A stretch of DNA of 64,000 nt from an uncultured Flavobacteriaceae bacterium (GTDB taxonomy: Bacteria > Bacteroidota > Bacteroidia > Flavobacteriales > Flavobacteriaceae): assembly GCA_963822355.1 (NCBI GenBank), contig CAWGHI010000007.1:12676-76675 (forward strand). The letters run 5' to 3'. Below are positions 63,898 through 64,000 of this stretch, one piece after another (the first letter of the stretch is position 1; every line of letters starts with the position of its first letter). Below the pieces are notes generated by a model that saw only the letters and a program-made list of their open reading frames with translations, did not search any database and had not been told where the DNA came from. Made by a program: the position numbers and the translations under genes.

Positions 63898-64000
63898 ATG
63901 ACAAAATTCATCCTACTTATAGCCCTTCTCTTTGCCGCCGCAAGTTCCTTTGCACAAGAAAATAATATTATAAAGGGGACCGTCATGAACGATGCGGACG
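63898..64000 (+). CDS. N-terminus of a secreted protein (carboxypeptidase-regulatory-like domain), truncated by the window end
   Basis: MTKFILLIALLFAAASSFAQ signal peptide, then IKGTVM.D. Confidence 0.6.
   Translation, partial: MTKFILLIALLFAAASSFAQENNIIKGTVMNDAD

Overview
A 64-kb, AT-rich, gene-dense stretch of core chromosome from a Flavobacteriaceae (Bacteroidota) bacterium; the protein style resembles Aequorivita-like marine flavobacteria, but this is not provable here. Evidence for the taxon: TAnnTTTG promoters, no Shine-Dalgarno motifs, T9SS C-terminal sorting domains, and DUF349/DUF368/CAL67264-type genes. About 55 CDS and one tRNA-His are present: mazG, aroE, purA, fur, a bifunctional RelA/SpoT, recG, a UvrD/PcrA helicase, holA, a menA-menC-menE cluster, ettA, a hutI-hutG-ftcd histidine-catabolism cluster, bshB1, a sirtuin, rdgB and a DEAD-box helicase, plus secreted enzymes (PNGase F-like, BNR-repeat protein, M16/M1/M28 peptidases). 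I found no CRISPR array, rRNA, transposase, integrase, prophage or recognisable defence operon. Four genes (OstA-like, M1 aminopeptidase, ftcd, hutG) are each broken by one extra base in a short homopolymer, most likely assembly error. The most unusual signal is a four-helix-bundle gene inside the men cluster, bracketed by inverted 8-mer repeat arrays that can form a 20-bp RNA helix with the whole ORF as the loop. Similar degenerate 7-mer arrays sit directly against several other start and stop codons. Also noted: a REP-like palindrome, a structured DEAD-box helicase leader, a divergent DUF368 paralogue, and shared ECF-like promoter motifs. Family assignments come from motif recognition, not database searches.
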